A stretch of 64,000 bases of DNA from Candidatus Pacebacteria bacterium CG2_30_36_39 (GTDB lineage Bacteria > Patescibacteriota > Microgenomatia > UBA1400 > PJMF01), in the NCBI GenBank assembly GCA_001873435.1, contig MNZB01000002.1, positions 65,620 to 129,619 of the forward strand. Direction: 5' to 3'. The position numbers and the translations under genes are program-made. Positions 1-10,258 of the stretch are shown in pieces; positions within the stretch are counted from its first letter, which is position 1, and the number at the start of each line of letters is the position of its first letter. The notes under the pieces are model-generated. The model saw only the letters and a program-made list of their open reading frames with translations. It did no database searches and was not told the DNA's origin.

Positions 1-890
1 ATTGAATTGGTCCAGTTAAAGATGATAGGTATTGGGTCAAACTAAATTCTCTGGAATCATAGTTTTTTTCGAATTCAGCTAGCCATAGTCTAGTAGATCT
101 CCCCTCATCAACCATTTCATCTGTGTAAAACAAAACTGAATAAGGAAAAGGCACGGTGACTGGTGCCCAAAGAGTGGTTGGAATTGGTTGTTCTAATATT
201 TCCAAAGTTGTTAGAGCAATTTGTCCACCATTGCTATGAGCCCAAATTCCTATTTGTTCTGAATCTAAGGTAGCTTTGTAGTTTTTCTCAAGAGATTTAA
301 ATTCAACAGTTGATTGGGCGCGGATAGTGGTGAGTAGCTCAACTATTTGGATTGGCTTGATAAAACGAGCTTCCCAGGTATCTTTTGGTTCTGGATCACT
401 ACTACCATAACCAAGGAAATCAGGAGCAATAGTGATATAGCCATTTTCTGCAAATAAAGCAGCAGCATTTTTAGTGCCTATGCCAGTGGTGTAGTTTTCC
501 AAAGGCACATAACCTCTAATCATTACGATGACTGGATTTGGTTTATCAGGGTTTAAACTGGCTTTTTTGGGTAGGTTTAGTTGGCCAGTAATTTTTTGTT
601 GATTAGAAATATATGAAAAGAGAAAACTAATGTAGTCAGTTGTTTCGTTTATGGTTTTTTCTAAAGTAATTGTGCTTGGGGCATAGCGACGAGTTTTAAG
701 ATTTGGAATGGTGTATTGCAGGAGTGGCAAATCTTTTTTAATTAGGCCACGATCAACAAAGGGAGATAATAGTGGTGTATCTGGATTAAAAGGATAAATA
801 GTGGCAATAGCTAAGCCTGAAATGAAGATGGCTAGTCCAATAAAAGTTAAAGATATTATTTTTTTATATTTTTTAAGAAAAGTTTTCATT
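1..890 (-). CDS. alpha/beta-hydrolase fold protein (dienelactone hydrolase / S9 peptidase-like), partial - C-terminus lies beyond window start
   Basis: Open minus-strand frame from ATG (RC of cat at 888-890) running off the window. N-terminal signal/TM segment MKTFLKKYKKIISLTFIGLAIFISGLAIA. Nucleophile-elbow-like motif WAHSNGG (GxSxG). Confidence 0.55.
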
Positions 891-958
891 TAAATTAGTA
901 TAACGGAAGAAATGTTTTTCTTCTGTTGCACTAAATAATGTTTGTTTGAAAATGGAGT

Positions 959-983
959 CTCCCCTGCCATAAAGGCAGGGGAG
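959..983 (-). terminator. GC-rich hairpin (10-bp stem ctcccctgcc/ggcaggggag, loop ataaa) 16 nt downstream of the small minus-strand ORF 999..1103
   Basis: Perfect 10-bp stem read directly. On the minus strand it is followed by ACTCCATTTTCAAAC (short T-run). No T-run on the plus side. Confidence 0.4.
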
Positions 984-998
984 GGGTTGTGGAGGGTA

Positions 999-1103
999 TT
1001 ACTTAGTGCTGGTCTTCTTGGTGGTCGTCGGCTTGGGGTTGGTCTTGGTCTTTTTCTTGAACAGATCAGCCACAGGCGTAGGCCGTTTGGTTGACTTTGC
1101 CAT
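999..1103 (-). CDS. 34-aa basic Lys/Thr-rich micro-protein (MAKSTKRPTPVADLFKKKTKTNPKPTTTKKTSTK), unknown function
   Basis: ATG preceded by a strong SD (GGAAGGAGGAAGACTTT-ATG). Local GC is clearly above the surroundings. Hairpin downstream. Below the 60-aa cutoff of the ORF track. Confidence 0.35.
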   Translation of the reverse strand: MAKSTKRPTPVADLFKKKTKTNPKPTTTKKTSTK

Positions 1104-1403
1104 AAAGTCTTCCTCCTTCCATAAGAGACTCTTCTGAGTGAGGTTTCGCGATGAAACCCCTCAAAAGAGGGAGGTTAGAACCTCCTTGACTGGGTTTTAA
1201 GTATAAAGCCAAGACAAAGAAGTTCAACTTGTTTTAAAGAGCTGTTTTTCGTCAAAATATTAACCAGTTTTTTGACTGGTAAAAATTATTAAATAATCTA
1301 TCTTGAGAAAAACCAGTGATATTGTATCACAATAGATCAAAAACTAACAATCGTTATGCTCAAGGTCTGTTAAGAATGATAAAACCTGGCTATAATACCC
1401 TTT

Positions 1404-2816
1404 ATGACAAATCGTACTCTTATTTCTCAAACCCCAACTTTAGTTGGTCAAACAGTAGTTTTACAAGGATGGATCGCTAGTAAACGAGATCATGGTAAAG
1501 TCACTTTTATTGATCTTAGAGATCGTTCTGGTTTAGTTCAATGCGTCGGTTTTAAAATGATGGGAGAGTTGACAACAGAGTCAGTGGTTTCCTTGACAGG
1601 TTTGGTTAAGGCACGTCCGGAAAAGTTGGTTAATTTAGAAATTTTGACTGGTTCCATAGAAATTGAAGTTCAGTCTTATGAACTATTAAACAAAACTGCC
1701 GAATTACCAATTTCTATTGATACTGATGGTAAAGAAATTAGCGAAGAGCCTCGTTTAAAATATCGATATTTAGATTTGCGTCGTGCTAGATTACAAAAAA
1801 TTATGCGCATGAGATCTGAATTTATTCGAGCTATTAGAGACAGTCTTTATGGCAAAGATTTTGTTGAAATCGAAACTCCAATGCTGACTAAGTCAACTAA
1901 AGAAGGAGCTCGTGATTTTTTAGTTCCATCACGTTTTCAACCAGGAAAGTTTTATGCTCTTCCTCAGAGCCCACAACAATATAAGCAGCTTTTAATGACA
2001 GCTGGTTTTGAAAGATATTTTCAGGTAGCTCGCTGTATTCGTGATGAAGATTTGCGTGCAGATCGTGGTTTTGAATTTACCCAATTAGACTTGGAAATTA
2101 GTTTTGCTAGTCAGCAAGAAGTAATGGATTTAGTTGAGGAAACTGTTAAGACTGCGGTGAAAAAAGTAGGTGGTAAGCTTAAAACAGAGAGTTTCCCAGT
2201 AGTTAACTATCAGGATGCTATTAGCAAATATGGAGCTGATAGATTTGATTTGCGAACAGAAGAAGATAAGGCCAATGGAATTTTAGCTTTTGCTTGGGTA
2301 GTTAATTTTCCATTCTTTAAGAAAGTTGATAAAAAAGATATTGCTGAAGTTCGAGATGGTAAGAGTGGTTGGACTTTTACCCACAATCCTTTCAGTGCTC
2401 CTCTACCAGAGAATGAAGTTGATCATTTGGCTCATAAAAATATTGAAAATATTGTTACCGCTCAATATGACTTAGTTTGTAATGGCTATGAAGTGGGTGG
2501 TGGTAGTATCCGCGCTCATAAACCAGAGCTATTAAAAGCTACTTTTGAAATCATGGGTTATTCTGAAGAGCAAATAGAGGATGGTGTTGGCCACATGCTT
2601 AAAGCTTTCAAATTAGGCACCCCTCCACACGGTGGTATTGCTTTGGGCTTGGATCGTTTAATTATGTTGTTGGCTGGAGAAGAATCATTGAAAGAAACAA
2701 TTGCTTTTCCAATGACTTCATCTGGTAGAACAGCAGTTATGGATGGTCCTAGCGAAGCGGCCAAAGAACAATTAGATGAATTATCTTTAATGGTTAAACC
2801 ACAGGTGAAAGAGTAA
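1404..2816 (+). CDS. aspS: aspartyl-tRNA synthetase (short, archaeal/eukaryal-type class IIb without GAD insertion)
   Basis: 470 aa. N-terminal OB anticodon-binding fold. Class II motifs FQVARCIRDEDLRADRGFEFTQLDLE and GGIALGLDRLIM. The shorter length suggests the non-bacterial-type AspRS common in CPR. Confidence 0.93.
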   Translation: MTNRTLISQTPTLVGQTVVLQGWIASKRDHGKVTFIDLRDRSGLVQCVGFKMMGELTTESVVSLTGLVKARPEKLVNLEILTGSIEIEVQSYELLNKTAELPISIDTDGKEISEEPRLKYRYLDLRRARLQKIMRMRSEFIRAIRDSLYGKDFVEIETPMLTKSTKEGARDFLVPSRFQPGKFYALPQSPQQYKQLLMTAGFERYFQVARCIRDEDLRADRGFEFTQLDLEISFASQQEVMDLVEETVKTAVKKVGGKLKTESFPVVNYQDAISKYGADRFDLRTEEDKANGILAFAWVVNFPFFKKVDKKDIAEVRDGKSGWTFTHNPFSAPLPENEVDHLAHKNIENIVTAQYDLVCNGYEVGGGSIRAHKPELLKATFEIMGYSEEQIEDGVGHMLKAFKLGTPPHGGIALGLDRLIMLLAGEESLKETIAFPMTSSGRTAVMDGPSEAAKEQLDELSLMVKPQVKE

Positions 2817-2854
2817 GACTAGAGCAATTTGTTAAAAGTCCTTACAATGGTATC

Positions 2855-3823
2855 GTGAAATATTTTTGGAGTTGGTTTTATTTTGGCTTAATGGTTTTGT
2901 TGCTGTTTTTAACCAGTCTTTGGTTGATGTCAAAAAAAGGCTTTTTTTATCGTGAGCCACATTTTCCAGTTACTCTTTTTACTCAAGCAGAATTTCCATA
3001 TCTTGAAGCAAATAGTGATGCAGAATTAGCAGTTGGTTTTGAAGAATTGGGTAACTATATAGCGGCTGATGCTTATTTTGTTTTTGATAATTCAAGTAAA
3101 TCAGTTTTAGTAGAAAAAAATCCTCAATTACCTTTACCACCGGCTTCTACTACAAAATTAATGACTGTTTTTACAGCTTTACAACTTTATGATCTCAATG
3201 AAGTTGCTCAGGTTTCTACAACTGCTGCTTTAGAAAATGATGGTGGAGGTTTGTTTCCTTTGGAAAAAATTAAGGTAAAAGATCTGGCTGCTGCAGCTTT
3301 GGTGCGTTCTGCTAATGATGCAGCTTTAACTTTGGCAGAGCATCACAATCAGGGTGAAGTTGGCTTTGTTGCTGAAATGAATAGGAGAGCTCAAGAACTT
3401 TCTTTATTTAGCACACGCTTTGCTAATCCAGTTGGCTATGACGATCCAGATAATATTAGTACTGCTCATGATCTTGCAATTTTAACCATGAGAGTAATCC
3501 AAGAAAAGCCAATTGCAGAATGGATGAGTTTACGTAGTTATGTGGCAGAGAATGAAAATGGAACTATTAGACATTTTCTATTTACAACCAACGAACTGCT
3601 TGGCAAAGAAGATGGAGTAGTTGCTGGCAAAACAGGTACGACTCCACAAGCAAAAGAAGTATTAATTACTATTGCTAGAATTAATGATCATGATTTGATT
3701 ATTGTAGTTTTGGGTAGTTCTGATCGTTATCAGGATACAAAAACTCTTTTGCACTGGATAAGAGATAATATTAAATGGCGTACTCAAGAGTTTCCTCTCC
3801 AAATTCCAGTAGAAAATCGGTAG
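2855..3823 (+). CDS. D-alanyl-D-alanine carboxypeptidase (S11 / PBP5-6 family), membrane anchored
   Basis: SxxK (ASTTKLMT), SxN (RSANDAA) and KTG (GKTGTT) motifs in the canonical order. N-terminal TM helix. Confidence 0.85.
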   Translation: MKYFWSWFYFGLMVLLLFLTSLWLMSKKGFFYREPHFPVTLFTQAEFPYLEANSDAELAVGFEELGNYIAADAYFVFDNSSKSVLVEKNPQLPLPPASTTKLMTVFTALQLYDLNEVAQVSTTAALENDGGGLFPLEKIKVKDLAAAALVRSANDAALTLAEHHNQGEVGFVAEMNRRAQELSLFSTRFANPVGYDDPDNISTAHDLAILTMRVIQEKPIAEWMSLRSYVAENENGTIRHFLFTTNELLGKEDGVVAGKTGTTPQAKEVLITIARINDHDLIIVVLGSSDRYQDTKTLLHWIRDNIKWRTQEFPLQIPVENR

Positions 3824-3832
3824 AATGGAGTC

Positions 3833-4930
3833 ATGGCTTCGCGTTCAAATAGTTCCACTTTCAATTTAACTGCTGCTACCAGACTAGGTAGGTTATTTGT
3901 TAAGTACGGTTCAATTGTTTTGGTTACTCTAATGGTTGGACGTATGACTCTTAATGCTTTTGTAGCTTATTGGAAAGCTACTCATCCCGCTCCACCTCCT
4001 CCTCCAACAGTTGGTTTTGGTGTTTTGCCAAGTATTAAATTTCCAGCTCAAACCGAGTTTGATAGACCAAAGAGTTATAAGCTAGAAACTGGTTTGGGTA
4101 GCAATTTGCCAGAGTTTGATCTTGATAGAGCTAAAGTATTTTTAATGCCCAAGTCTGTACCTAGTTTGCTAGCAGATAAAGAGGTTAAGGCAATTGCTGC
4201 TACTTACGGTTTTATTTTTGAACCAGAAACTTTGAATAATAGGACATATCGTTGGACCAAGACTGGTCAATTAAATGCAAGTCTGGAGATTGATATCCAA
4301 AACAAGACTTTCCATTATCGAACAAACTATTTATCTAAACCAGAATTAATTGTAGGTACTGGTAAAGCTCCAGAGGAATATGAAGCAGTGCGTCGCCTAA
4401 AGTCTTTCTTGGATCGCACTGACTTGCTTCCAGAAGATTTAGCTACTAGTTCTGGTGAAATTCACTTTTTAAAATCATTGGGAGGTGAATTAGAAGAAGC
4501 TTTTTCTTTATCAGATGCTGATTTTATTCAAATCAACCTAGATCGTACTGTGATCGATGAAAAATATGAGATGTATAGCCCAGATCCTAAAAAGGGTGTG
4601 GTGACGGCAATCATGTCTGGGGTTTTATCTGGACAAGAGAGTATTGTTGATTTGGAGTATCATTATCGACCAGTTGATTACACTCAGGTAGAGACTTATC
4701 CAATTCGTTCTGCTAGATCTGCTTTTCAGGTCTTACAGTCTGGCAAGGGTTATGTTGCTAAAAAAGGAAAGACTGATGAGGCAGTAGTTCGTGAAGTAGC
4801 CTTTGGTTATTTTGAAGATTGGGCAACTGAGCAAGAATATTTGCAACCAATTTACATCTTTACTGGAGACAATGGTTTTGTAGGATATGCTCCAGCTGTT
4901 GATCCGAAATATTTAACTAATGAAAACTAG
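3833..4930 (+). CDS. hypothetical membrane-anchored protein with poly-Pro linker
   Basis: 365-aa ORF with N-terminal hydrophobic segment and PAPPPPPT linker. No recognisable catalytic motif. Confidence 0.5.
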   Translation: MASRSNSSTFNLTAATRLGRLFVKYGSIVLVTLMVGRMTLNAFVAYWKATHPAPPPPPTVGFGVLPSIKFPAQTEFDRPKSYKLETGLGSNLPEFDLDRAKVFLMPKSVPSLLADKEVKAIAATYGFIFEPETLNNRTYRWTKTGQLNASLEIDIQNKTFHYRTNYLSKPELIVGTGKAPEEYEAVRRLKSFLDRTDLLPEDLATSSGEIHFLKSLGGELEEAFSLSDADFIQINLDRTVIDEKYEMYSPDPKKGVVTAIMSGVLSGQESIVDLEYHYRPVDYTQVETYPIRSARSAFQVLQSGKGYVAKKGKTDEAVVREVAFGYFEDWATEQEYLQPIYIFTGDNGFVGYAPAVDPKYLTNEN

Positions 4931-4939
4931 AAAGTATTA

Positions 4940-6379
4940 ATGTCAAAAACAATTAGAACAAGAATGGCCCCAAGCCCTACTGGAGAACTCCATGTGGGTA
5001 GTATGGCTATGCTATTAAAAAACTATGCTTGGGCCAAGAGGAATAATGGCCAATTTATTTTACGTATTGAGGATACAGATAAAGAGCGTGAGGTTCCTGG
5101 TGCCATTGAAGAAATTAAAAAAGTTATTCGTGATTATGGCTTAGATTGGGACGAGGGTCCTGGCAAGGGTGGTCCTTATGGTTCATATATTCAATCAGAA
5201 CGTTTAAGCATTTATCAAGAAAAAGCTCAAGAATTAATCGATAATGGCAAAGCCTATTACTGTTTTTGTTCCAAGGAAAGACTTGAACAAGTAAGAGAAG
5301 AACAGCGGGCAAACAAACAAGCTCCTAAATACGATAAGCATTGTCGTATTTTGACAGCTGATGAAGCTTTGGCTCGCAAAGAAGCTGGGGAATCTTGGGT
5401 TATTAGATTGAAAGTACCAGAAGATCAACCTGTAGTGATTAACGATTTATTGCGTGGTGAAATCATTATTAATTCAAGCGAAGTTGATGATCAGGTTTTG
5501 CTCAAATCAGATGGTTATCCCACTTATCATTTGGGAGTAGTGGTTGATGATTATTTAATGCAGATTACCCATATCATGCGTGGTGAAGAGTGGATTAGTT
5601 CTGCTCCAAAACATGTTTTGCTTTATGAGGCTTTTGGTTGGGAAAAACCAGTTTTTGCTCATATCCCAGTTTTTTTGAATCCAGATGGCAAGGGTAAGAT
5701 GAGTAAGAGGAAAGGTACTGTTTCCTCAAGATCTTTTCTTGATCGAGGATATTTGCCAGAGGCAATGTTGAATTTTTTCATGATCTTGGGTTGGGCAAAA
5801 GCCGATCAACAAGAAGTCATTTCTTTGGCTGAATATATTGAAGCTTTTGATCCCAAAGATGTCAGTCCAAAATCAGTAGCCTTTGATTTACAAAAACTTA
5901 ATTGGATGAATGGTGTCTATATTAGGAAATTACCTTTGGCTGAGCTAAAAAAACGTTTGCAACCATTTATTCCAGAAACTTTTCCTATGAATAAGTTTGA
6001 TGCTATTTTGCCATTAGTTTTTGAACGCTTAGTTACTTTGGCAGATATTGATGAGTTAACAAGATTTTTTTATGTAGATGAACAACCAGATTATGAATTG
6101 CTTTTGAAAAAAGCTGATAATCAATTGGTTGCTAAACAACTCAATCAGACAATGGATTTTCTTTCTGGTTTGAGTGAGTGGACTACAGAAAAAATTGAGG
6201 TTGGCATGCGTGAGTTGCAGGAGAAAAATGATTGGCATCGTGGTCAGTTTTTTATGATGATTCGTTTGGCTGTTACTGGTCGTAAAGCCACCCCACCTTT
6301 ATTTGAAACGATGTCCGTTATTGGTAAAGACATTGTGCTGCGTAGATTAGAGATGGTTAAAGCAAAGTTGGAAAATTAG
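4940..6379 (+). CDS. gltX: glutamyl-tRNA synthetase
   Basis: Class I HIGH-region (PSPTGELHVGS) and KMSKS (GKMSKRKG). 479 aa. Confidence 0.93.
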   Translation: MSKTIRTRMAPSPTGELHVGSMAMLLKNYAWAKRNNGQFILRIEDTDKEREVPGAIEEIKKVIRDYGLDWDEGPGKGGPYGSYIQSERLSIYQEKAQELIDNGKAYYCFCSKERLEQVREEQRANKQAPKYDKHCRILTADEALARKEAGESWVIRLKVPEDQPVVINDLLRGEIIINSSEVDDQVLLKSDGYPTYHLGVVVDDYLMQITHIMRGEEWISSAPKHVLLYEAFGWEKPVFAHIPVFLNPDGKGKMSKRKGTVSSRSFLDRGYLPEAMLNFFMILGWAKADQQEVISLAEYIEAFDPKDVSPKSVAFDLQKLNWMNGVYIRKLPLAELKKRLQPFIPETFPMNKFDAILPLVFERLVTLADIDELTRFFYVDEQPDYELLLKKADNQLVAKQLNQTMDFLSGLSEWTTEKIEVGMRELQEKNDWHRGQFFMMIRLAVTGRKATPPLFETMSVIGKDIVLRRLEMVKAKLEN

Positions 6380-6382
6380 TTT

Positions 6383-7261
6383 ATGGTTAAAAAAACAACT
6401 ACTCCACTATCTCAACAAGATTTTTTGGAAAAAGTTAAACAACTTGATTTCAAAGTTACTTCTCAACAGCTTTTGGCAGCTATTTCCTTGGCCGGGCAAA
6501 TTGCTCTTAACCAACCAAATCCTGATGGTAAGTTTCCCCAAGCTTTTGCTATGGAAACTCAAACTCAAGATGATCAACTAGCTACTCAGGTAACTAAAGA
6601 AGAGCATGAAGAGATAATGGCAAAAATGGTGGGAATGGTTAATCGTCCACCAGGTCATTTAGCTAAAGATGAAGAATTATATTTAGAACAACAGCTTTCT
6701 GATACTTTGGGTTTTGATGTAACAGCGGAGCTTGATGGCCATAGGCTCAATCACAGTATTGGCGTAATGGGTGGTGAGCAACATATTTTACGTTTTGCCG
6801 GAGATACTCTTGCTCAACATGATGCTTATCAAGAGGCTGGTATTGCTCCAGCTCGTGGAGCTTTTGGTTGGTTTACAGAGAATGGTCAGTTATCTGAGAA
6901 AGCAATTCAACAAGAAAAATACTATTTTGCTGTTCAGACTCTTTATTTGCCAGATTGGAATTCTAATTATAGGGAACTCAAGCCTTGGTATAAGTTTCGC
7001 AAAATGATTGTAATTAACCCTGCTGAGTCTATGGCTGTAGTGGGAGTAGTTGGCGACGCTGGCCCTGCTCAATGGGTTAAAAAACAATTTGGTGGTTCTC
7101 CAGAAATTATTCGTGAGGGAAAGGTTTGGAGTCAGAAAAGCAGAGGAAAGATAATGTTGCTTTTTGTCGATGACCCAGAAGATAAGATTCCCTTGGGTCC
7201 AATAGATTTGCACTGGGAAGCTTTGCCACAGGCTGATTCTTCTCAGAGTCAAAATTCGTAG
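6383..7261 (+). CDS. hypothetical protein
   Basis: 292-aa ORF tightly packed after gltX. No motif recognised. Confidence 0.5.
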   Translation: MVKKTTTPLSQQDFLEKVKQLDFKVTSQQLLAAISLAGQIALNQPNPDGKFPQAFAMETQTQDDQLATQVTKEEHEEIMAKMVGMVNRPPGHLAKDEELYLEQQLSDTLGFDVTAELDGHRLNHSIGVMGGEQHILRFAGDTLAQHDAYQEAGIAPARGAFGWFTENGQLSEKAIQQEKYYFAVQTLYLPDWNSNYRELKPWYKFRKMIVINPAESMAVVGVVGDAGPAQWVKKQFGGSPEIIREGKVWSQKSRGKIMLLFVDDPEDKIPLGPIDLHWEALPQADSSQSQNS

Positions 7262-7279
7262 TATAAAGGTATAAAGTAT

Positions 7280-7669
7280 ATGATCTTAGTTAATTTTTAC
7301 ATTGGATCTAGATATCCAGTTTCTCGTAAGAGATTACGTCAAACAGTTGAGGATGTGTTAAAGAAAAATGGAGTGGAAAAAGCTCAAGTAGATGTTTCTA
7401 TAGTTGGGGTGCGTAAAATTCAGACTTTAAATGAAACCTTACTTCAACATGATGGTCCCACGGACGTTCTTTCATTTCCACATCATAATAAGAAACAGCT
7501 TGATGAAATTCCTTTGCCAACAGATGTTCCACCACATCTTGGTGATGTAGTTATTAGTTTTCCCGAATCAATTAAAATGGCTAAAAAATTTGGTAAAAGA
7601 GTAGATGATCAAATCTGTTTTTATCTTGAACATGGTTTGATGCATCTGTTAGGGTATCATCACGATTAA
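7280..7669 (+). CDS. ybeY: endoribonuclease YbeY (rRNA maturation factor)
   Basis: C-terminal zinc-binding motif HGLMHLLGYHH (H3xH5xH) and ~130-aa size. Confidence 0.88.
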   Translation: MILVNFYIGSRYPVSRKRLRQTVEDVLKKNGVEKAQVDVSIVGVRKIQTLNETLLQHDGPTDVLSFPHHNKKQLDEIPLPTDVPPHLGDVVISFPESIKMAKKFGKRVDDQICFYLEHGLMHLLGYHHD

Positions 7670-7671
7670 TT

Positions 7672-9267
7672 ATGGCTTGGCATAGAAAACACCGACCCCA
7701 GCTTGTCAGTGAGCTACATCTAGCTTCTGTTAGAACAGCTCTTGAAAAGTTGATGGCAAGTAAAAACTTTCCTCAGGTCTTTTTATTTGCAGGTCCCAAA
7801 GGAACTGGTAAGACTTCAACTTCAAGAATATTAGGAGCGATGCTTAACGATCCGCTTAATGCGGACGTAGTTGATGCTTTCTTTTTCAAAAAACCTTTAA
7901 AAAAAGCAAGGTCATTGCAAAATCCAGATATTAAATCTGATTTTTCTCGTCGTGTTTATGAAGGCAATTCTTTTGTAGTTCAGGAGATGGACGCTGCATC
8001 AAATCGTGGAATAGATGATATTAGAGCTCTCAAGGAACGGGTAATGTTGCCTCCACAGGAAGGTAAGGTCACTGTCTATATTCTAGATGAGGCTCACATG
8101 TTAACAACCGAAGCTTTTAATGCTCTTTTAAAGCTATTAGAGGAGCCTCCAGCTCATGCTGTGTTTATTCTTGCTACTACTGAATTGCATAAAATTCCAG
8201 AAACTATTATTTCTCGTAGTTATCAGATAAATTTCCACAAAGCTTCTAATGAAGAGCTCACTTTGGCTTTGGAATCAGTTTTGGCAAAAGAAAAAATTAA
8301 AGCAGAGCCTTTGGCTTTGCAGGCAATTGTGGCTAGAGCTGATGGTAGTTTTCGTGATGGAGTTAAGTTGCTTGAATCAGTGATTGATGGAGATAATTTG
8401 ACGTTGTTGCAAGTCGAAAATAATTTGGGTAAGAATATTAAGCCTTTGTTGTTAGATTTAATTCAGGCTGTTTTAGATAAAGACTCAGCTCAAGTTAGTC
8501 AGATTATTGCTTCATTTCGTACTAATAATGTTGCAGAAAAATATCTATATACTAGTCTATTTTCTCTTTTGCACAGCTCTTTAATGAAATCAATGGGGGT
8601 GGAAACTGGTGAACCAGTTTATGCACAAAAAATTACTAAGTTTTTACTTCAGGAATTACTTCAAGCTCAATTAGATTTATTTTCACCAATTCCATTTTTA
8701 CCATTGGAACTTAAGTTATTGGATTTAATTGATCGAGCTCAGCAGAAAGCTGGTAGTAATCAAGCAAGTGGTCCAGTGACCAAAAAAAAAATTCTTAAAA
8801 CAAATCCAGTAGCTATTGTTGAAGATCGTGTTGAGGAATTAGCTAAAGTTGATATTTCGACTGCAATCAATACAGCAATTGAAGAGGTTGCTGAGGTTGA
8901 AGAAGAAGAGGTGGTGCAGTTAACTGAAGAAATTAAAGGTTTAGGTCAGACCTTACTTTCGCAATGGGATCAGTTTTTAAAGATGGTACAGCTTAAAAAT
9001 GCTACGGTTGCAGCTTTACTGCGTTCTAGTAAGCCATCAATTAACGAGACTGGTATGCCAGAAGTAGCCGTATTTTATAAGTTTCATCAGGAGCAATTAC
9101 AGCAACAAAAATATATGGATTTATTACTGGATTGTGCTCGAGATTTAGTGGGAAGTAGTTTGCCTTTGAGAGTAGCTTTGCAAAAAGCTCCTGCGACGGC
9201 TACTTTAGTAGAAATTGAACAAGTACCTCCTCGATTGTCACAATTGGCAGAGGAAGCTTTGCTCTGA
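7672..9267 (+). CDS. dnaX: DNA polymerase III subunit gamma/tau
   Basis: AAA+ Walker A FAGPKGTGKTSTSRIL, Walker B ILDEAHMLT, sensor motifs. Followed by ybaB as in the conserved dnaX-ybaB(-recR) arrangement. Confidence 0.9.
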   Translation: MAWHRKHRPQLVSELHLASVRTALEKLMASKNFPQVFLFAGPKGTGKTSTSRILGAMLNDPLNADVVDAFFFKKPLKKARSLQNPDIKSDFSRRVYEGNSFVVQEMDAASNRGIDDIRALKERVMLPPQEGKVTVYILDEAHMLTTEAFNALLKLLEEPPAHAVFILATTELHKIPETIISRSYQINFHKASNEELTLALESVLAKEKIKAEPLALQAIVARADGSFRDGVKLLESVIDGDNLTLLQVENNLGKNIKPLLLDLIQAVLDKDSAQVSQIIASFRTNNVAEKYLYTSLFSLLHSSLMKSMGVETGEPVYAQKITKFLLQELLQAQLDLFSPIPFLPLELKLLDLIDRAQQKAGSNQASGPVTKKKILKTNPVAIVEDRVEELAKVDISTAINTAIEEVAEVEEEEVVQLTEEIKGLGQTLLSQWDQFLKMVQLKNATVAALLRSSKPSINETGMPEVAVFYKFHQEQLQQQKYMDLLLDCARDLVGSSLPLRVALQKAPATATLVEIEQVPPRLSQLAEEALL

Positions 9268-9314
9268 GAGAAAGATATAGTACAATCTAGGGACTTAATA
9301 GAAAGGTCAATATT

Positions 9315-9602
9315 ATGGCAAATCCATTTAAAGCTTTAGGAGATCTTAATCAACTCCGTCAACAAGCTAAGAAAATGCAAGAGGAATTAGCTGGTGAAGA
9401 AATTCGCATTGAAGAAGGTGATATCGTGGTAGTTATTTCTGGTGATCAGAAAATTAAACAATTTTCAGTTCAAGGAATTAGTAGCACTGAGGCTGTTGAA
9501 GTCTTAAATAAGGCTATTAAGAAATCTCAAGAAGTTGCTGCCAAGAAACTTCAGTCTATGACTGGTGGTTTGGGTGGAATGTTTGGTGGTGGTGGACAAT
9601 AA
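9315..9602 (+). CDS. ybaB: nucleoid-associated protein YbaB/EbfC
   Basis: 95 aa, N-terminal MANPFKALGDLNQLRQQAKKMQEEL and Gly-rich C-terminus typical of YbaB. Synteny with dnaX. Confidence 0.88.
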   Translation: MANPFKALGDLNQLRQQAKKMQEELAGEEIRIEEGDIVVVISGDQKIKQFSVQGISSTEAVEVLNKAIKKSQEVAAKKLQSMTGGLGGMFGGGGQ

Positions 9603-9631
9603 TTGTTATCAATTTTTAAAGTGAAAATTAA

Positions 9632-9658
9632 GGCCCCTGTATCAGGGGCCTTTTTGTT
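9632..9658 (+). terminator. rho-independent terminator after ybaB
   Basis: Stem ggcccct/aggggcc (7 bp), loop gtatc, followed by TTTTTGTT. Confidence 0.6.
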
Positions 9659-9661
9659 ACA

Positions 9662-10258
9662 ATGAGGCCTATGTCTCAACAATTTTTATTAGCTACTAAT
9701 AATCAACATAAAATCGAAGAGGTTAAAGCTATTTTGCCTGAGATAAATTGGGAGACTCCTAAAAATTTTCCAGAGCTAAATGATTTTTCTCCAGAAGAAA
9801 CTGGTAAGAATTTTGCAGAAAATGCTGAAATTAAAGCAAGAGCATTTGCAGCAAAAACTGGTTTGGTTACAGTGGCGGAAGACTCTGGTTTAGAGGTTAA
9901 AGCTTTAAATAATCGACCAGGAGTTTATTCTGCTAGATGGAGAGAAGGTAGTGATGATGATCGTAATCAAGCTATATTAAAGTTAATAGAAGAAAAACCA
10001 GATCGTACAGCCAGATATGTGGCTACTATTTGTGTTTATGACCCAAAAACAGATGAAGCTCATTTCTTTAAAGGTATGGTTGTTGGCCAAATTGCTATGG
10101 AAAGTAAGGGGATAGCTGGTTTTGGCTATGATCCCATCTTTATTCCAGATGGCTATCAACAAACCTTTGGTGAGTTGGGCAGTGAGATAAAGCACCAACT
10201 TAGTCACCGCAAAAAGGCTTTTGAGCAGTTTGCTGAGTGGTTAAATGAGAGAAGTTAG
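9662..10258 (+). CDS. rdgB: dITP/XTP pyrophosphatase (RdgB/HAM1 family)
   Basis: N-terminal LATNNQHKIEE (ATxNxxKxxE signature), ~198 aa. Confidence 0.82.
   Translation: MRPMSQQFLLATNNQHKIEEVKAILPEINWETPKNFPELNDFSPEETGKNFAENAEIKARAFAAKTGLVTVAEDSGLEVKALNNRPGVYSARWREGSDDDRNQAILKLIEEKPDRTARYVATICVYDPKTDEAHFFKGMVVGQIAMESKGIAGFGYDPIFIPDGYQQTFGELGSEIKHQLSHRKKAFEQFAEWLNERS

Noticed and set aside
1104-1403. T-box leader upstream of aspS
   Set aside because: No T-box consensus (AATTAGGGTGGTACCGCG-like) or specifier/antiterminator architecture seen. Only a small inverted repeat gtgatattgtatcac.
2558-2764. 68-aa minus-strand ORF inside aspS
   Set aside because: Antisense shadow ORF within a conserved gene.
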